From Jatrophihabitans sp. (GTDB lineage Bacteria > Actinomycetota > Actinomycetes > Mycobacteriales > Jatrophihabitantaceae), in NCBI GenBank assembly GCA_039937915.1, contig JBDTFN010000193.1, positions 1 through 45,063 on the forward strand: DNA of 45,063 bases, given 5' to 3'. Numbering within the stretch: the stretch's first letter is position 1; every line of letters begins with the position of its first letter. The notes under the pieces were generated by a model, which searched no databases, was not told where the DNA came from, and saw only the letters and a list, made by a program, of their open reading frames with translations. The position numbers and the translations under genes are program-made. This document shows positions 32,937-42,507 of the stretch, in pieces.

Positions 32937-34811
32937 TCAGTCGATGCGGGCCGGTTGACGCTCGAACTGCGTGCGGTAGAGCTCGGCGTAGAGGCCGCCC
33001 CGGGCGAGTAGTTCGGAGTGTCGTCCTGACTCGACGACGCGTCCGGCCTCCAGCACGACGACCAGGTCCGCGTTCTGGATCGTCGACAACCGGTGGGCGA
33101 TGACGAGGGACGTCCTTCCGACGAGCGCGCGGGCCAGCGCGGTCTGCACCGCCGCTTCGCTCTCGCTGTCCAGGTGTGCGGTGGCCTCGTCCAGGATCAC
33201 GATGCCCGGAGCCTTGAGAAGCAGTCGCGCGATGGCGAGTCGGGCTTTCTCGCCGCCGGAGAGCCGGTACCCCCGGTCACCGACCACGGTATCGAGCCCG
33301 TCGGGCAGGCCGCGGACCAGCTCACCGATCTGGGCGGCGTCGATCGCGGCCCAGACCTGATCGTCGTCGGCGTCCGGCTTTCCGTAGGTGAGGTTCGCGC
33401 GGATCGTGTCGTGGAACATGTGGGCTTCCTGGCTCACGACGCCGATGCGGTCGCGCAGGGATTGTTGCGTGACGCTGCGGACGTCCAGGCCTCCGACGAG
33501 GACCTGCCCGCCGGTGACGTCGTAGATGCGTGGGAGCAGTTGGCTGATCGTCGTCTTCCCCGCACCCGACGGCCCGACGAGGGCCACCATCTCCCCCGGT
33601 GCGGCCCGGAACGACACTGCGTGCAGCACCTCCGCCACTGGCGTCCGGTCCAGAACGGCGACGTCCTCGAGCGAAGCCAGCGACACCTGCGCCGCGCTCG
33701 GGTAGCCGAAGCGGACGTCGATGAACTCGATACTGCGGGCGTCGCTCGTCAGCTCGGTAGCATCCGGTGCGTCGGCGATCATGGGCGCGAGGTCGAGTAC
33801 CTCGAAGACCCGGTCGAAGCTGACGAGTGCGCTCATGATGTCCACCCGAGCGTTGGACAGGGCCGTGAGCGGGCCGTACAGCCGGGTGAGCAGCAGCGCG
33901 AGGGTGACCACCGTCCCGGCGGACAGGTTCCCCTGGATCGCGAGGTAGCCGCCGAGGCCGTAGACCAACGCCTGGGCCAACGCCGCGACCAGAGTCAGTG
34001 ACACGAAGAAGGCGCGGCCGTACATGGCCGACGTCACGCCGATGTCGCGCACCCGGGCCGCTCTGGATCGGAAGGATTCGTCCTCGCGATCGGCGTGGCC
34101 GAACAGCTTGACCAGCAGTGCCCCGGAGACGTTGAAGCGTTCGGTCATGGTGTTGTTCATCGAGGCGTTGAGGTTGTACGACTCACGAGTGATCTGCTGA
34201 AGGCGGGCCCCGATCCGGCGCGCGGGCAGCACGAAGATCGGCAGCATCACCACTGAGATCAGGGTGATCTGCCAGGACAGCGTGAGCATGACTGCGGTCG
34301 TCAGCACCAACCCCACGATGTTGGACACCAGTCCCGACAGCGTGGACGTGAACGCCTGCTGCGCGCCGAGGACATCGTTGTTCAGGCGGCTGACCAGCGC
34401 GCCGGTCTGCGTCCGGGTGAAGAACGCGAGCGGCATCCGCTGGATGTGGTCGAACACCGCGGTCCGCATGTCGTAGATGAGGCCCTCGCCGATGCGCGCG
34501 GAGTAAAAGCGCTGGGTGAAGGACAGCGCCGCGTCCAACACAGCGAGACCGCCGATCACGAGCGCGATACGGACCACGACGCCAGAGCTGGAATGCCCGG
34601 TGATCGCGTTGATCACGCGGCCGGCCAGTATCGGCGTGATGACCCCGATCAGCGCACTACCGGTGATGATCACCAGGAAGATCGTCAGGTACCTGCGGTA
34701 CGGAGCGGCGAAGCGGAAGACCCGGCGCCAGGTGCCCTTGGGGATCTCGTGATCGGTGCGTTTACCGGCCGAACTCATCGCCCGGTACATCGTCGAGTGA
34801 TCCATGGTCAT
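32937..34811 (-). CDS. ABC exporter, fused permease/ATPase (MsbA/MdlB-like)
   Basis: N-terminal TM domain, GPSGAGKT, LSGGEK, LDEATAHLD and IAHRLST. Confidence 0.93.
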   Translation of the reverse strand: MTMDHSTMYRAMSSAGKRTDHEIPKGTWRRVFRFAAPYRRYLTIFLVIITGSALIGVITPILAGRVINAITGHSSSGVVVRIALVIGGLAVLDAALSFTQRFYSARIGEGLIYDMRTAVFDHIQRMPLAFFTRTQTGALVSRLNNDVLGAQQAFTSTLSGLVSNIVGLVLTTAVMLTLSWQITLISVVMLPIFVLPARRIGARLQQITRESYNLNASMNNTMTERFNVSGALLVKLFGHADREDESFRSRAARVRDIGVTSAMYGRAFFVSLTLVAALAQALVYGLGGYLAIQGNLSAGTVVTLALLLTRLYGPLTALSNARVDIMSALVSFDRVFEVLDLAPMIADAPDATELTSDARSIEFIDVRFGYPSAAQVSLASLEDVAVLDRTPVAEVLHAVSFRAAPGEMVALVGPSGAGKTTISQLLPRIYDVTGGQVLVGGLDVRSVTQQSLRDRIGVVSQEAHMFHDTIRANLTYGKPDADDDQVWAAIDAAQIGELVRGLPDGLDTVVGDRGYRLSGGEKARLAIARLLLKAPGIVILDEATAHLDSESEAAVQTALARALVGRTSLVIAHRLSTIQNADLVVVLEAGRVVESGRHSELLARGGLYAELYRTQFERQPARID

Positions 34812-34902
34812 GCTCAACCCGCTCCTTGGTCGTTGCGCGCGCGCAGCGCCCGTGCTGACCAAACCGTCGGGGGCGGCTCAGTGTTCCGCGTCGATCTCCG
34901 GA

Positions 34903-35694
34903 TCAGTCTTCCGCGTCGAGCCCCGCGATGGTGCGTAGGCGCCGGTACTGGGCCTCCCGCTCGGCAGCCTGCGCCTCGTCCTGGGTGCGAGCGGCCGCGG
35001 CGAGCAGCAACGCCTTGGTCTCGGCCGCGGCGTCCCGGTCGATCGACAGGATCGCGGCGACGGTCCCGTCCACGGTGGCCTCGAGGTCCTCCGCGGACGC
35101 GACGGTCGAGGCGAGCCCGATCCGCAGCGCTTCCTGCGCGCCGATCCGGCGGCCGGTCAAACAGATCTCGACCGCGCGCGAATAGCCGACGAGATCGACA
35201 AGACGCTTCGTCCCGCCGAGGTCGGGCACGATTCCGAGCTTCGGTTCGGCCATGCAGAACTGGACATCCTGCGCCACGATGCGGATGTCGGTTCCGAGCG
35301 CGAGCTGGAAGCCGCCGCCTATTGCGTGTCCGTGCACGACAGCGATGCTCACGAGGTCCGGGCGGGAATTCCAGTCGAACGCGGACTGCCAGATCGCAAT
35401 GCGTCCGGTGGCCTCGGCTCGCGGTAGGTACGGCAGGCGCTGAATGCCGTCGGGGTGATCCGTCGATAGCAACGCGCGGTCCAAACCGGCGGAGAAGGCA
35501 CGTCCTTCAGCGCGTAGGACGACGACGCGCACCGTCCCCGGCAGGTGCGCGCGGACCCTGGCCAGCTCGACCCACATGGCCGGAGACTGACAGTTCAGGC
35601 GATCGCCACGGTCGAGGGTGACGGTGGCCAGCGCACCGGCAACGTCGACCCGGAAGCCTGCTTCTGGGTCGACGTCGAACCGCGATGTAGTGAT
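34903..35694 (-). CDS. Enoyl-CoA hydratase/isomerase family protein
   Basis: FSAGLD, HAIGGGFQLAL and LGIVPDLGG. The family N-terminus ATVTLDRGDRLN lies upstream of ATG35577; start placed tentatively at ATC35694. Confidence 0.85.
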   Translation of the reverse strand: MTTSRFDVDPEAGFRVDVAGALATVTLDRGDRLNCQSPAMWVELARVRAHLPGTVRVVVLRAEGRAFSAGLDRALLSTDHPDGIQRLPYLPRAEATGRIAIWQSAFDWNSRPDLVSIAVVHGHAIGGGFQLALGTDIRIVAQDVQFCMAEPKLGIVPDLGGTKRLVDLVGYSRAVEICLTGRRIGAQEALRIGLASTVASAEDLEATVDGTVAAILSIDRDAAAETKALLLAAAARTQDEAQAAEREAQYRRLRTIAGLDAED

Positions 35695-35740
35695 GGGACG
35701 AGGGTACCGGCCGGGCTGACGGACCCGGCGGACGGTCGCG

Positions 35741-35971
35741 CTACTTCGACGCTGCCTTGCCGGCCGCGGTCTTGGTGCGCGTGGCGCCGCCGCGTCCGCG
35801 GAGGGTCGCGCCGGACTCCGACAGCACTCGGTGCACGAAGCCGTAGGACCGACCGTGTGTCTCGGCCAGTTCCCGGATGCTCTTGCCCTTGTCGTAGGCC
35901 TTCTTCAGGTCCCCGGCCAGCTTGTCTCGCGCGCCGCCGGTGATCCGAGCGCCTTTTTTCAGAACCGCCAT
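35741..35971 (-). CDS. Small HTH DNA-binding protein, similar to Streptomyces GATC-binding nucleoid protein Gbn (SCO1839)/Rv1473A
   Basis: LKKGARITG..R...YDKGKSIRELAETHGRSYGFVHRVLSESG..LRGRGG; GGAGAG RBS; between the ABC-F and crotonase genes. Confidence 0.8.
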   Translation of the reverse strand: MAVLKKGARITGGARDKLAGDLKKAYDKGKSIRELAETHGRSYGFVHRVLSESGATLRGRGGATRTKTAAGKAASK

Positions 35972-36163
35972 GATGCTCTCCCCTGTTTGGTGTTCGTCAA
36001 TGGTCTTATCAGCCGGAAACGATCACCGGCAAGATCGACTCGACGCACAAGGACCGGGTCGGGCGAGAAAGCACGCAAATCGGTGGCATTCTGCTGTGAA
36101 ACGTCTGTGCGCCCGACTAATGCGTGCCAAACACGGTGGCGTCTTACCGGGCCATATGCGCAG

Positions 36164-37810
36164 TCAGGCCAGGGTGATCAGGTCCGCGAGATCCGCGCTC
36201 CACTGGTCCTCGACACCATCAGGCAGCAGGATCACCTTCTCCGGTGCGAGGGCCTCCACCGCGCCCTCGTCGTGGGTCACCAGCACGATCGCCCCGGCAA
36301 AGGTTCGCAGCGCGTCCAGAACCTGATCGCGACTCACCGGATCCAGGTTGTTGGTCGGCTCGTCCAGAAGCAGGACGTTCGCCGCACTGGTCACCAGCAT
36401 CGCCAGGGCCAGCCGCGTCTTCTCGCCGCCGGACAGAACGCCGGCGGGTTTCTCGACGTCATCGCCGCTGAACAGGAAGGCGCCAAGGATTTTGCGAAGT
36501 TCGGTGTCGTTGAGATCCTGGGGCTGCCCCACGCCCGGGGAGCGGTCGCGGGAGGCCGCTGATGCCGCGGTGCGCATGTTCTCCAGGATCGACCGGTCGT
36601 GATCGAGGGTCTCGTGTTCCTGCGCGAAGTACCCGAGTCGCAGCCCGTGACCCGGAACGACGTCGCCGGTATCCGGGGCCTCGACGCCGGACAGCAGTCG
36701 TAGCAGGGTGGTCTTGCCGGCGCCGTTAAGACCCAGGATGACCACGCGCGCGCCTCGGTCGATGGCCAGATCCACATCCGTGAAGACCTCGAGCGATCCG
36801 TAGGACTTCGACAACCCCTCGGCGGTCAGCGGGGTCCGACCGCACGGCGACGGCGCCGGGAAACGCAGCCGCGCGACCTTGTCGTTCACGCGCACCTCGG
36901 CCAGTCCGGCGGCAAGAGCGGCAGCACGCCGGTCCATCTGGTGCGCAGCACGCGCCTTCGTCGCTTTGGCGCGCATCTTGTCAGCCTGTTTGGTCAGCGT
37001 CTCGATCTTGCGTTCAGCGTTGGCCCGTTCGCGGTGTCGGCGCTTCTCGTCTGTCTCGCGCTGCTTGAGGTAGTTCTTCCACCCGACGTTGTACTGATCG
37101 ACCGCGGAGCGGTTTGCGTCGAGATACCAGACCTTGTTGACGACCGCCTCGAGCAGGCTGACATCGTGGCTGATGAGCACCAGACCACCGGTGTGCTGAC
37201 GCAGGAAGTCGCGCAGCCACCCGATCGAGTCGGCGTCCAGGTGGTTGGTCGGCTCGTCGAGCAACATGGTCGTCGGTTCGGCCGCAGAGTCGGCAAACAG
37301 GATGCGGGCGAGCTCGACGCGTCGCCGCTGGCCGCCGGACAGCGTGGACAGCGGCTGGGCCAGGACGCGGTCGGGCAGGCCCAGGTTCGCGCAGATTCGT
37401 GCCGACTCACTCTCTGCGGCGTAGCCGCCCAGGGCGGTGAATCGCTCCTCCATGCTGCCGTAGCGCCGCAGCAGTGCCGCGTCGTCCGGCCGTTCGGCGA
37501 GCTCGACCTGTGCCTTGGCGATCTGGGTGACGAGCGTGTCCAGGCCGCGAGCCGACAACACCCGGTCACGGGCGAGAACCGCGAGATCGCCGGTGCGGGC
37601 ATCCTGCGGTAGATAACCGACGGGGCCGGTGCGGTCGATCCGCCCGGTGTGCGGCAGGTTCTCACCGGCGAAGACCCGAAGGCTGGTGGTCTTGCCGGCA
37701 CCGTTGCGTCCGACGAGTCCGATGCGGTCGCCAGGTTGGACGCGAAGAGTGGTTGGCTCGAGCAGGATGCGGGCGCCCGCACGGAGTTCGAGGTCGGTGG
37801 CGGTGATCAC
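36164..37810 (-). CDS. ABC-F family ATP-binding protein
   Basis: Two nucleotide-binding domains (GRNGAGKT, GLNGAGKT; LDEPTN twice), charged linker, no TM segments; GGAG RBS before GTG37810. Confidence 0.93.
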   Translation of the reverse strand: MITATDLELRAGARILLEPTTLRVQPGDRIGLVGRNGAGKTTSLRVFAGENLPHTGRIDRTGPVGYLPQDARTGDLAVLARDRVLSARGLDTLVTQIAKAQVELAERPDDAALLRRYGSMEERFTALGGYAAESESARICANLGLPDRVLAQPLSTLSGGQRRRVELARILFADSAAEPTTMLLDEPTNHLDADSIGWLRDFLRQHTGGLVLISHDVSLLEAVVNKVWYLDANRSAVDQYNVGWKNYLKQRETDEKRRHRERANAERKIETLTKQADKMRAKATKARAAHQMDRRAAALAAGLAEVRVNDKVARLRFPAPSPCGRTPLTAEGLSKSYGSLEVFTDVDLAIDRGARVVILGLNGAGKTTLLRLLSGVEAPDTGDVVPGHGLRLGYFAQEHETLDHDRSILENMRTAASAASRDRSPGVGQPQDLNDTELRKILGAFLFSGDDVEKPAGVLSGGEKTRLALAMLVTSAANVLLLDEPTNNLDPVSRDQVLDALRTFAGAIVLVTHDEGAVEALAPEKVILLPDGVEDQWSADLADLITLA

Positions 37811-37954
37811 GACTCCATTGTCGTCTCTTTTCGTAGCGATCCGAGCCAACGGTCGGGTTATGCGCCGCGGAGCACAGGGCCGACCGCCGTCGTTCGTCCC
37901 CTGCTTGTCGCCCGCGCAGTCCTCGCCACCACGGCAACCGGCTAGGTTCTCGGC

Positions 37955-38872
37955 ATGAAATACAACAATGACGCCCGGCTGGACACCTCCGAGGTCTCCG
38001 ACACCCGCGGCTCAGGTCGGTCGATCGGCGGCCGCGGCGCGGCCGCCGGCGGTGGTCTCGGCGTCGTCGGCGTGGTCATCTACCTCGTGGTGACGCTCAT
38101 CGGCGGTGGCGGTGCAGGCAATACCGCCGCGAGCGTGCTGGACACCCTGGGTACGGGCGGCTCCTCCGGGCAGGCCGACAACCAGGAGATCGAGAAATCC
38201 TGCCGGACCGGTGCCGACGCGAACAACAAGCTCGAATGCGCGATCGTCGCCGACATCAACTCGATCCAGGCCTACTGGAGCGCGGCACTCGGGACCCGAT
38301 ACACCGAGGTCAACACCGTCTGGTTCTCCGGCCAGGTCACGACCGGTTGCGGGGCGGCCGATAGCGGCTCAGGTCCGTTCTACTGCCCCCGGGATCAACG
38401 GGTGTACATCGACCTGAGCTTCTACGATCAGTTGAAGCAGGATTTCGGGGCGACCGGCGGGCCATTCGTGAACGCCTACGTGCTCGCCCACGAGTACGGG
38501 CACCACGTTCAGGACCTGCTCGGCACCGAGGCGAAGGTCCGCACCCGGTCGGGACCGACCTCCGATTCGGTCCGCCTGGAGCTCCAGGCCGATTGCTACG
38601 CGGGCGTCTGGGCGAAACACGCGACCGAGCCCGCCGCTGACGGCGGTCCCGCACTGATCAGCGAGATCACGCAGCAGGATTTTAACAATGCGTTGGACGC
38701 TGCGGGCCGCATCGGCGACGACTACATCCAGAAGAACCTCGGGAGTGGACAGGTCGACCGCAGCAGCTTCACGCACGGTTCGTCGGCCCAGCGGGAGAAG
38801 TGGTTCACGACCGGTTACCGGACCGGCGTTCCACAGCGGTGTGACACCTTCGCCGCCAACGACCTCGGCTGA
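37955..38872 (+). CDS. Neutral zinc metallopeptidase (YpfJ/KPN_02809-like)
   Basis: GPFYCP, AHEYGHHVQ, LELQADCYAG and FTHGSS. Confidence 0.92.
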   Translation: MKYNNDARLDTSEVSDTRGSGRSIGGRGAAAGGGLGVVGVVIYLVVTLIGGGGAGNTAASVLDTLGTGGSSGQADNQEIEKSCRTGADANNKLECAIVADINSIQAYWSAALGTRYTEVNTVWFSGQVTTGCGAADSGSGPFYCPRDQRVYIDLSFYDQLKQDFGATGGPFVNAYVLAHEYGHHVQDLLGTEAKVRTRSGPTSDSVRLELQADCYAGVWAKHATEPAADGGPALISEITQQDFNNALDAAGRIGDDYIQKNLGSGQVDRSSFTHGSSAQREKWFTTGYRTGVPQRCDTFAANDLG

Positions 38873-38909
38873 TCCGGACCGGAGCCAGACGCAGCCGGTG
38901 CGTGAGCGG

Positions 38910-39218
38910 TCAGCGCAGGTCGCTGCGACGCGCCACCAGGAAACCGCCGCCGGGGATGACCGAATCGATGAGCACGATCAGGGTGGTCCGGCCGTCCCAC
39001 TGGAGCCGTCGGCGCACCTCGAACAGTGCGAGCACGACGTAGGCGATGAACAGCGTGCCGTGTACCGGACCCATGATCTGAACGCCGAGTTGCTGATGTG
39101 GGTCGGTGGTGTATTTGACTATCGTCGCGACGATAAGCAGCAGCCAGGACACCGCTTCGATCATCGCGACGATGCGAAACGCGCGGACGACCGGCGCGGT
39201 CGTGGTCGGTGAACTCAT
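38910..39218 (-). CDS. DUF3817 family small membrane protein
   Basis: FRIVAMIEAVSWLLL and GPVHGTLFIAY. Confidence 0.8.
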   Translation of the reverse strand: MSSPTTTAPVVRAFRIVAMIEAVSWLLLIVATIVKYTTDPHQQLGVQIMGPVHGTLFIAYVVLALFEVRRRLQWDGRTTLIVLIDSVIPGGGFLVARRSDLR

Positions 39219-40420
39219 GTGAAGGCTCCGGTTCCGGTGATGGACCGCCCGAGGATCAGGGTGTTGATCTCGCGGGTGCCCTCGAATGAGTACAGGGCCT
39301 CGGCGTCGTTGAAGTAGCGGGCGACGCCGTACTCGAGCAGGATCCCGTTACCGCCCAGCAGCTCTCGAGCCCACGACACGGTTTCCCGCAGTCGGCTGGT
39401 ACAGAACGACTTCGCCAGCGCGCCCTGCTCGTCGCGGAATATGCCGTCGTCCTGCAGTTGCGCGACGCGCACGGCGAGCCCGAGCGAGGCAGTGATGTTC
39501 GCGAGCATCCGGGCGAGCAGATCCTGGACCAGTTGAAAACTGCCGATCGGGCGACCGAACTGTTCGCGGTCCTGGGCGTACTTCACCGCGACCTCGTAGA
39601 CAGCCATCATGGCCCCGACCGAACTCCACGCGACGCCACCGCGCGTGTGCCGCAGCACGGTGTTCGTGTCGGCGAAGGTGTTGGCCTTCTGCAGCCGGTC
39701 AGCTTCGGGCACGCGGACGCCATCGAGGTGCAGGTCGGCGTTCTGCACCGTGCGCAACGCGAGTTTGCCCTCCATCTTGGTAGCGGTGAGACCCGGCGAG
39801 TCCTTGGCGAGGACAAAGCCCTTGACGCTGTCATCAGCCACGTCGCGCGCCCAGACCACGATCAGGTCAGCGAACGTGCCGTTGCCGATCCAGCGTTTCG
39901 CGCCGTCGAGCACCCACTCCTCGCCCTCGCGGCGGGCCGTGGTCTCCAGTCCGCCGGCCACGTCCGACCCGCCGTGCGGTTCGGTCAGCGCAAACGCTCC
40001 GACCTGTTCCATGCGACGCATCGAGGGCAGCCACCGGTCCTTCTGCTCCTGCGACCCGCAGTAGTGGATCGACCCCATCGCCAACCCGCTGTGCACCCCG
40101 TAGAAGGAGGCGAACGACGAATCGATGCGGGAGATCTCGAGGCTGATGAACCCGGAGAGCAGGCGGCCCTCGTCCGGGGTTCCGGGCAGGTCGTAGGGCA
40201 GGCCGATCACACCGAGTTCGGCGAATCCGTCGACCAGATGGTGGGGGAATTCCGCGTCGGCCCAGCACTGGTTCGCGATCGGCGCGAGATTGGTCTCCAA
40301 CCACCCGCGCAGACGGTCCAGTAGGGCACGCTCGTCGTCACCGAGCAGGCTACGGAAGTCAAACAGGTCCGCGTTGACGTCGGCGCGGGCGCCGGGGACA
40401 GGTCCGTCGGACCCGCTCAC
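39215..40420 (-). CDS. Acyl-CoA dehydrogenase (glutaryl-CoA dehydrogenase-like)
   Basis: AFALTEPHGGSD, GAKRWIGN, REQFGRPIGSFQLVQ, LGGNG and FEGT. Confidence 0.92.
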   Translation of the reverse strand: MSGSDGPVPGARADVNADLFDFRSLLGDDERALLDRLRGWLETNLAPIANQCWADAEFPHHLVDGFAELGVIGLPYDLPGTPDEGRLLSGFISLEISRIDSSFASFYGVHSGLAMGSIHYCGSQEQKDRWLPSMRRMEQVGAFALTEPHGGSDVAGGLETTARREGEEWVLDGAKRWIGNGTFADLIVVWARDVADDSVKGFVLAKDSPGLTATKMEGKLALRTVQNADLHLDGVRVPEADRLQKANTFADTNTVLRHTRGGVAWSSVGAMMAVYEVAVKYAQDREQFGRPIGSFQLVQDLLARMLANITASLGLAVRVAQLQDDGIFRDEQGALAKSFCTSRLRETVSWARELLGGNGILLEYGVARYFNDAEALYSFEGTREINTLILGRSITGTGAFT

Positions 40421-40767
40421 ACGTTGAAGCCGAGAGCCCGCAACTGCTCGCGCCCGTCGTCAGTGATCTTGTCCGGACCCCACGGCGGCATCCACACCCA
40501 ATTGATCTTGGCTTCGGCAGCGAGCGGCTTCGGACCGCCCGTGAGCGCTGAGTAGGTCTGGTCCTCGATGACGTCGGTCAGCGGGCAGGCGGCCGAGGTC
40601 AACGTCATGTCGAGGGTGATCACCACGCCACTGTCAGCGGTGTCGATGGCGACGTCATAAAGCAGCCCGAGGTCCACGACATTGATGCCGAGTTCTGGGT
40701 CCACGACGTCGCGCATGGCCTCGTCCACGTCGTCACGGGATGGGACCGTGGTTTGGGTCTGGGTCAT
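40417..40767 (-). CDS. sufT: Metal-sulfur cluster assembly factor SufT (DUF59)
   Basis: VVDPELGINVVDLGLLY, MTLTSAACP and WMPPW. Confidence 0.9.
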   Translation of the reverse strand: MTQTQTTVPSRDDVDEAMRDVVDPELGINVVDLGLLYDVAIDTADSGVVITLDMTLTSAACPLTDVIEDQTYSALTGGPKPLAAEAKINWVWMPPWGPDKITDDGREQLRALGFNV

Positions 40768-41246
40768 ACCGGGCTCCCCTGCTCGTCGGCGGCGCCTGAC
40801 CATCCGGCCTCGGCCACCGCGCTCTTCATCGCCATCCAGCCCAGCAGCGCGCATTTGACGCGTGCCGGGTACTTCGAGACGCCTTCGAAGGCCACCGCGT
40901 CCTCGAGGGCTTCCTCGTCGTCATCGGTGAGTTCTGCGTGTCCCCGTGACTGCATGAGTTCGAGGAAACGTCGCTCCAACGCCATCGCGTCCGCAACCGG
41001 CTTGCCCGCGACGAGCCCACTCATGACCGAGGTTGATGCCTGGCTGATCGAGCAGCCCTCACCGTCCCACCCGAGGGTCGCGATGGCGCCGTCACTCAAC
41101 TTCACCCGCATGGTCACCTCGTCGCCACAGGTCGGGTTGACGTGGTGCACCTCGGCGTCGAAGTCCTCGAGAAGTCCTTTGTGCTGCGGGTTCTTGTAGT
41201 GATCGAGGATGATCTGTTGGTACATGCTGTCCATCGACATCGTCAT
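40764..41246 (-). CDS. sufU: SUF system sulfur-transfer protein SufU
   Basis: IILDHYKNP, NPTCGD, GCSISQAS and RVKCALL. Confidence 0.95.
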   Translation of the reverse strand: MTMSMDSMYQQIILDHYKNPQHKGLLEDFDAEVHHVNPTCGDEVTMRVKLSDGAIATLGWDGEGCSISQASTSVMSGLVAGKPVADAMALERRFLELMQSRGHAELTDDDEEALEDAVAFEGVSKYPARVKCALLGWMAMKSAVAEAGWSGAADEQGSPV

Positions 41247-42496
41247 GCGAACATCTCCTGCACCTTGCGTATGCCGCTCACGAGCGCGTCGATCTCGTCC
41301 TTGGTCGTGTGGATGCCAAATGATGCGCGGGTCGTGGCGGCGATGCCGTAGCGCACGCACACCGGACGCGCGCAGTGGTGACCAGCCCGGACCGCGATGC
41401 CGTACTCGTCGAGCAACTGCGCAACATCGTGGGGATGTACGCCGGTGAGGGTGAACGCGATCGTGGCACCGCGCGACTCGGGTGTCGATGGACCGATGAT
41501 GGTCAGACCGTCGATCATGGTCAGTTGCTCGAGTGCGTAGGTGACGAGTTCGTGTTCGTGTTCGGCGACGTTGTCCATGCCGATCGCATTGAGGTAATCG
41601 ATGGCTGCTCCGAGTCCGACCGCCTCAGCGATCATCGGGGTGCCGGCCTCGAAGCGATGCGGGGGCGCGGCAAAGGTCGTTCCCGTCATGTCGACGGTCT
41701 CGATCATCTCTCCGCCGCCGAGGAAGGGCGGCAGCGCGGCCAGCAGGTCGTACCGACCCCAGAGCACGCCGACACCGGTGGGGCCGTACAGCTTGTGACC
41801 GGTGAAGGCGAGGAAGTCGACATCGAGTTCCTGGACGTCCAACGGTAGGTGTGGGGCCGACTGCGAGGCGTCGAGCACGGTCAGCGCGCCGACGGCCTTC
41901 GCGCGCGCCACGATCCGCGCCACCGGGTTGATCGTCCCGAGCGCGTTGGACTGGTGCACGAACGCGACGATCTTCGTCCGGTCGGTGATGACCTCGTCGA
42001 TCGCGGCGTCGACCAGCCGACCTTCGTCATCGATCGGCAGCCAGGTGAAGGTCGCACCGGTGCGCTGGGCGAGCAACTGCCACGGAACGATGTTGCTGTG
42101 GTGCTCCATCTCGGTGACCACGATCTCGTCACCCGGACCGATCCGGAAGCGATCCGCGCCGGGGAAGGTCGTGGCGTTGGAGATCGCGTACGCGACGAGG
42201 TTCAGCGCCTCGGAGGAGTTCTTGGTGAAGATGACCTCGTCGCGGTTGGGCGCGTGCAGGAAAGCCGCCACCTTGTCACGAGCGTCCTCGAAGGCGTTCG
42301 TGGCCTCGGAACCGAGCGTGTGTACGGCGCGGGCGACGTTCGCGTTGTGCATCGCGTAGTGCTCGGTGAGCGTGTCGAGCACCACCTGCGGCTTCTGCGA
42401 GGTGTTGGCGCTGTCCAGGTACACCAAGGGCACCCCGTGCACCTCGCGCGCGAGGATCGGGAAATCCTTGCGCACCGCCTCGACATCCAAGCTCAT
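41243..42496 (-). CDS. sufS: Cysteine desulfurase SufS
   Basis: YLDSANTSQKP, MEHHSN, FTGHKLYGP, FEAGT and RAGHHCA. Confidence 0.96.
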   Translation of the reverse strand: MSLDVEAVRKDFPILAREVHGVPLVYLDSANTSQKPQVVLDTLTEHYAMHNANVARAVHTLGSEATNAFEDARDKVAAFLHAPNRDEVIFTKNSSEALNLVAYAISNATTFPGADRFRIGPGDEIVVTEMEHHSNIVPWQLLAQRTGATFTWLPIDDEGRLVDAAIDEVITDRTKIVAFVHQSNALGTINPVARIVARAKAVGALTVLDASQSAPHLPLDVQELDVDFLAFTGHKLYGPTGVGVLWGRYDLLAALPPFLGGGEMIETVDMTGTTFAAPPHRFEAGTPMIAEAVGLGAAIDYLNAIGMDNVAEHEHELVTYALEQLTMIDGLTIIGPSTPESRGATIAFTLTGVHPHDVAQLLDEYGIAVRAGHHCARPVCVRYGIAATTRASFGIHTTKDEIDALVSGIRKVQEMFA

Positions 42497-42507
42497 GCCG
42501 TTACCTC

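Noticed and set aside
37811-37954. Attenuator or uORF upstream of the ABC-F gene, implying antibiotic resistance
   Set aside because: No convincing uORF or terminator, and the gene occupies a conserved housekeeping position.
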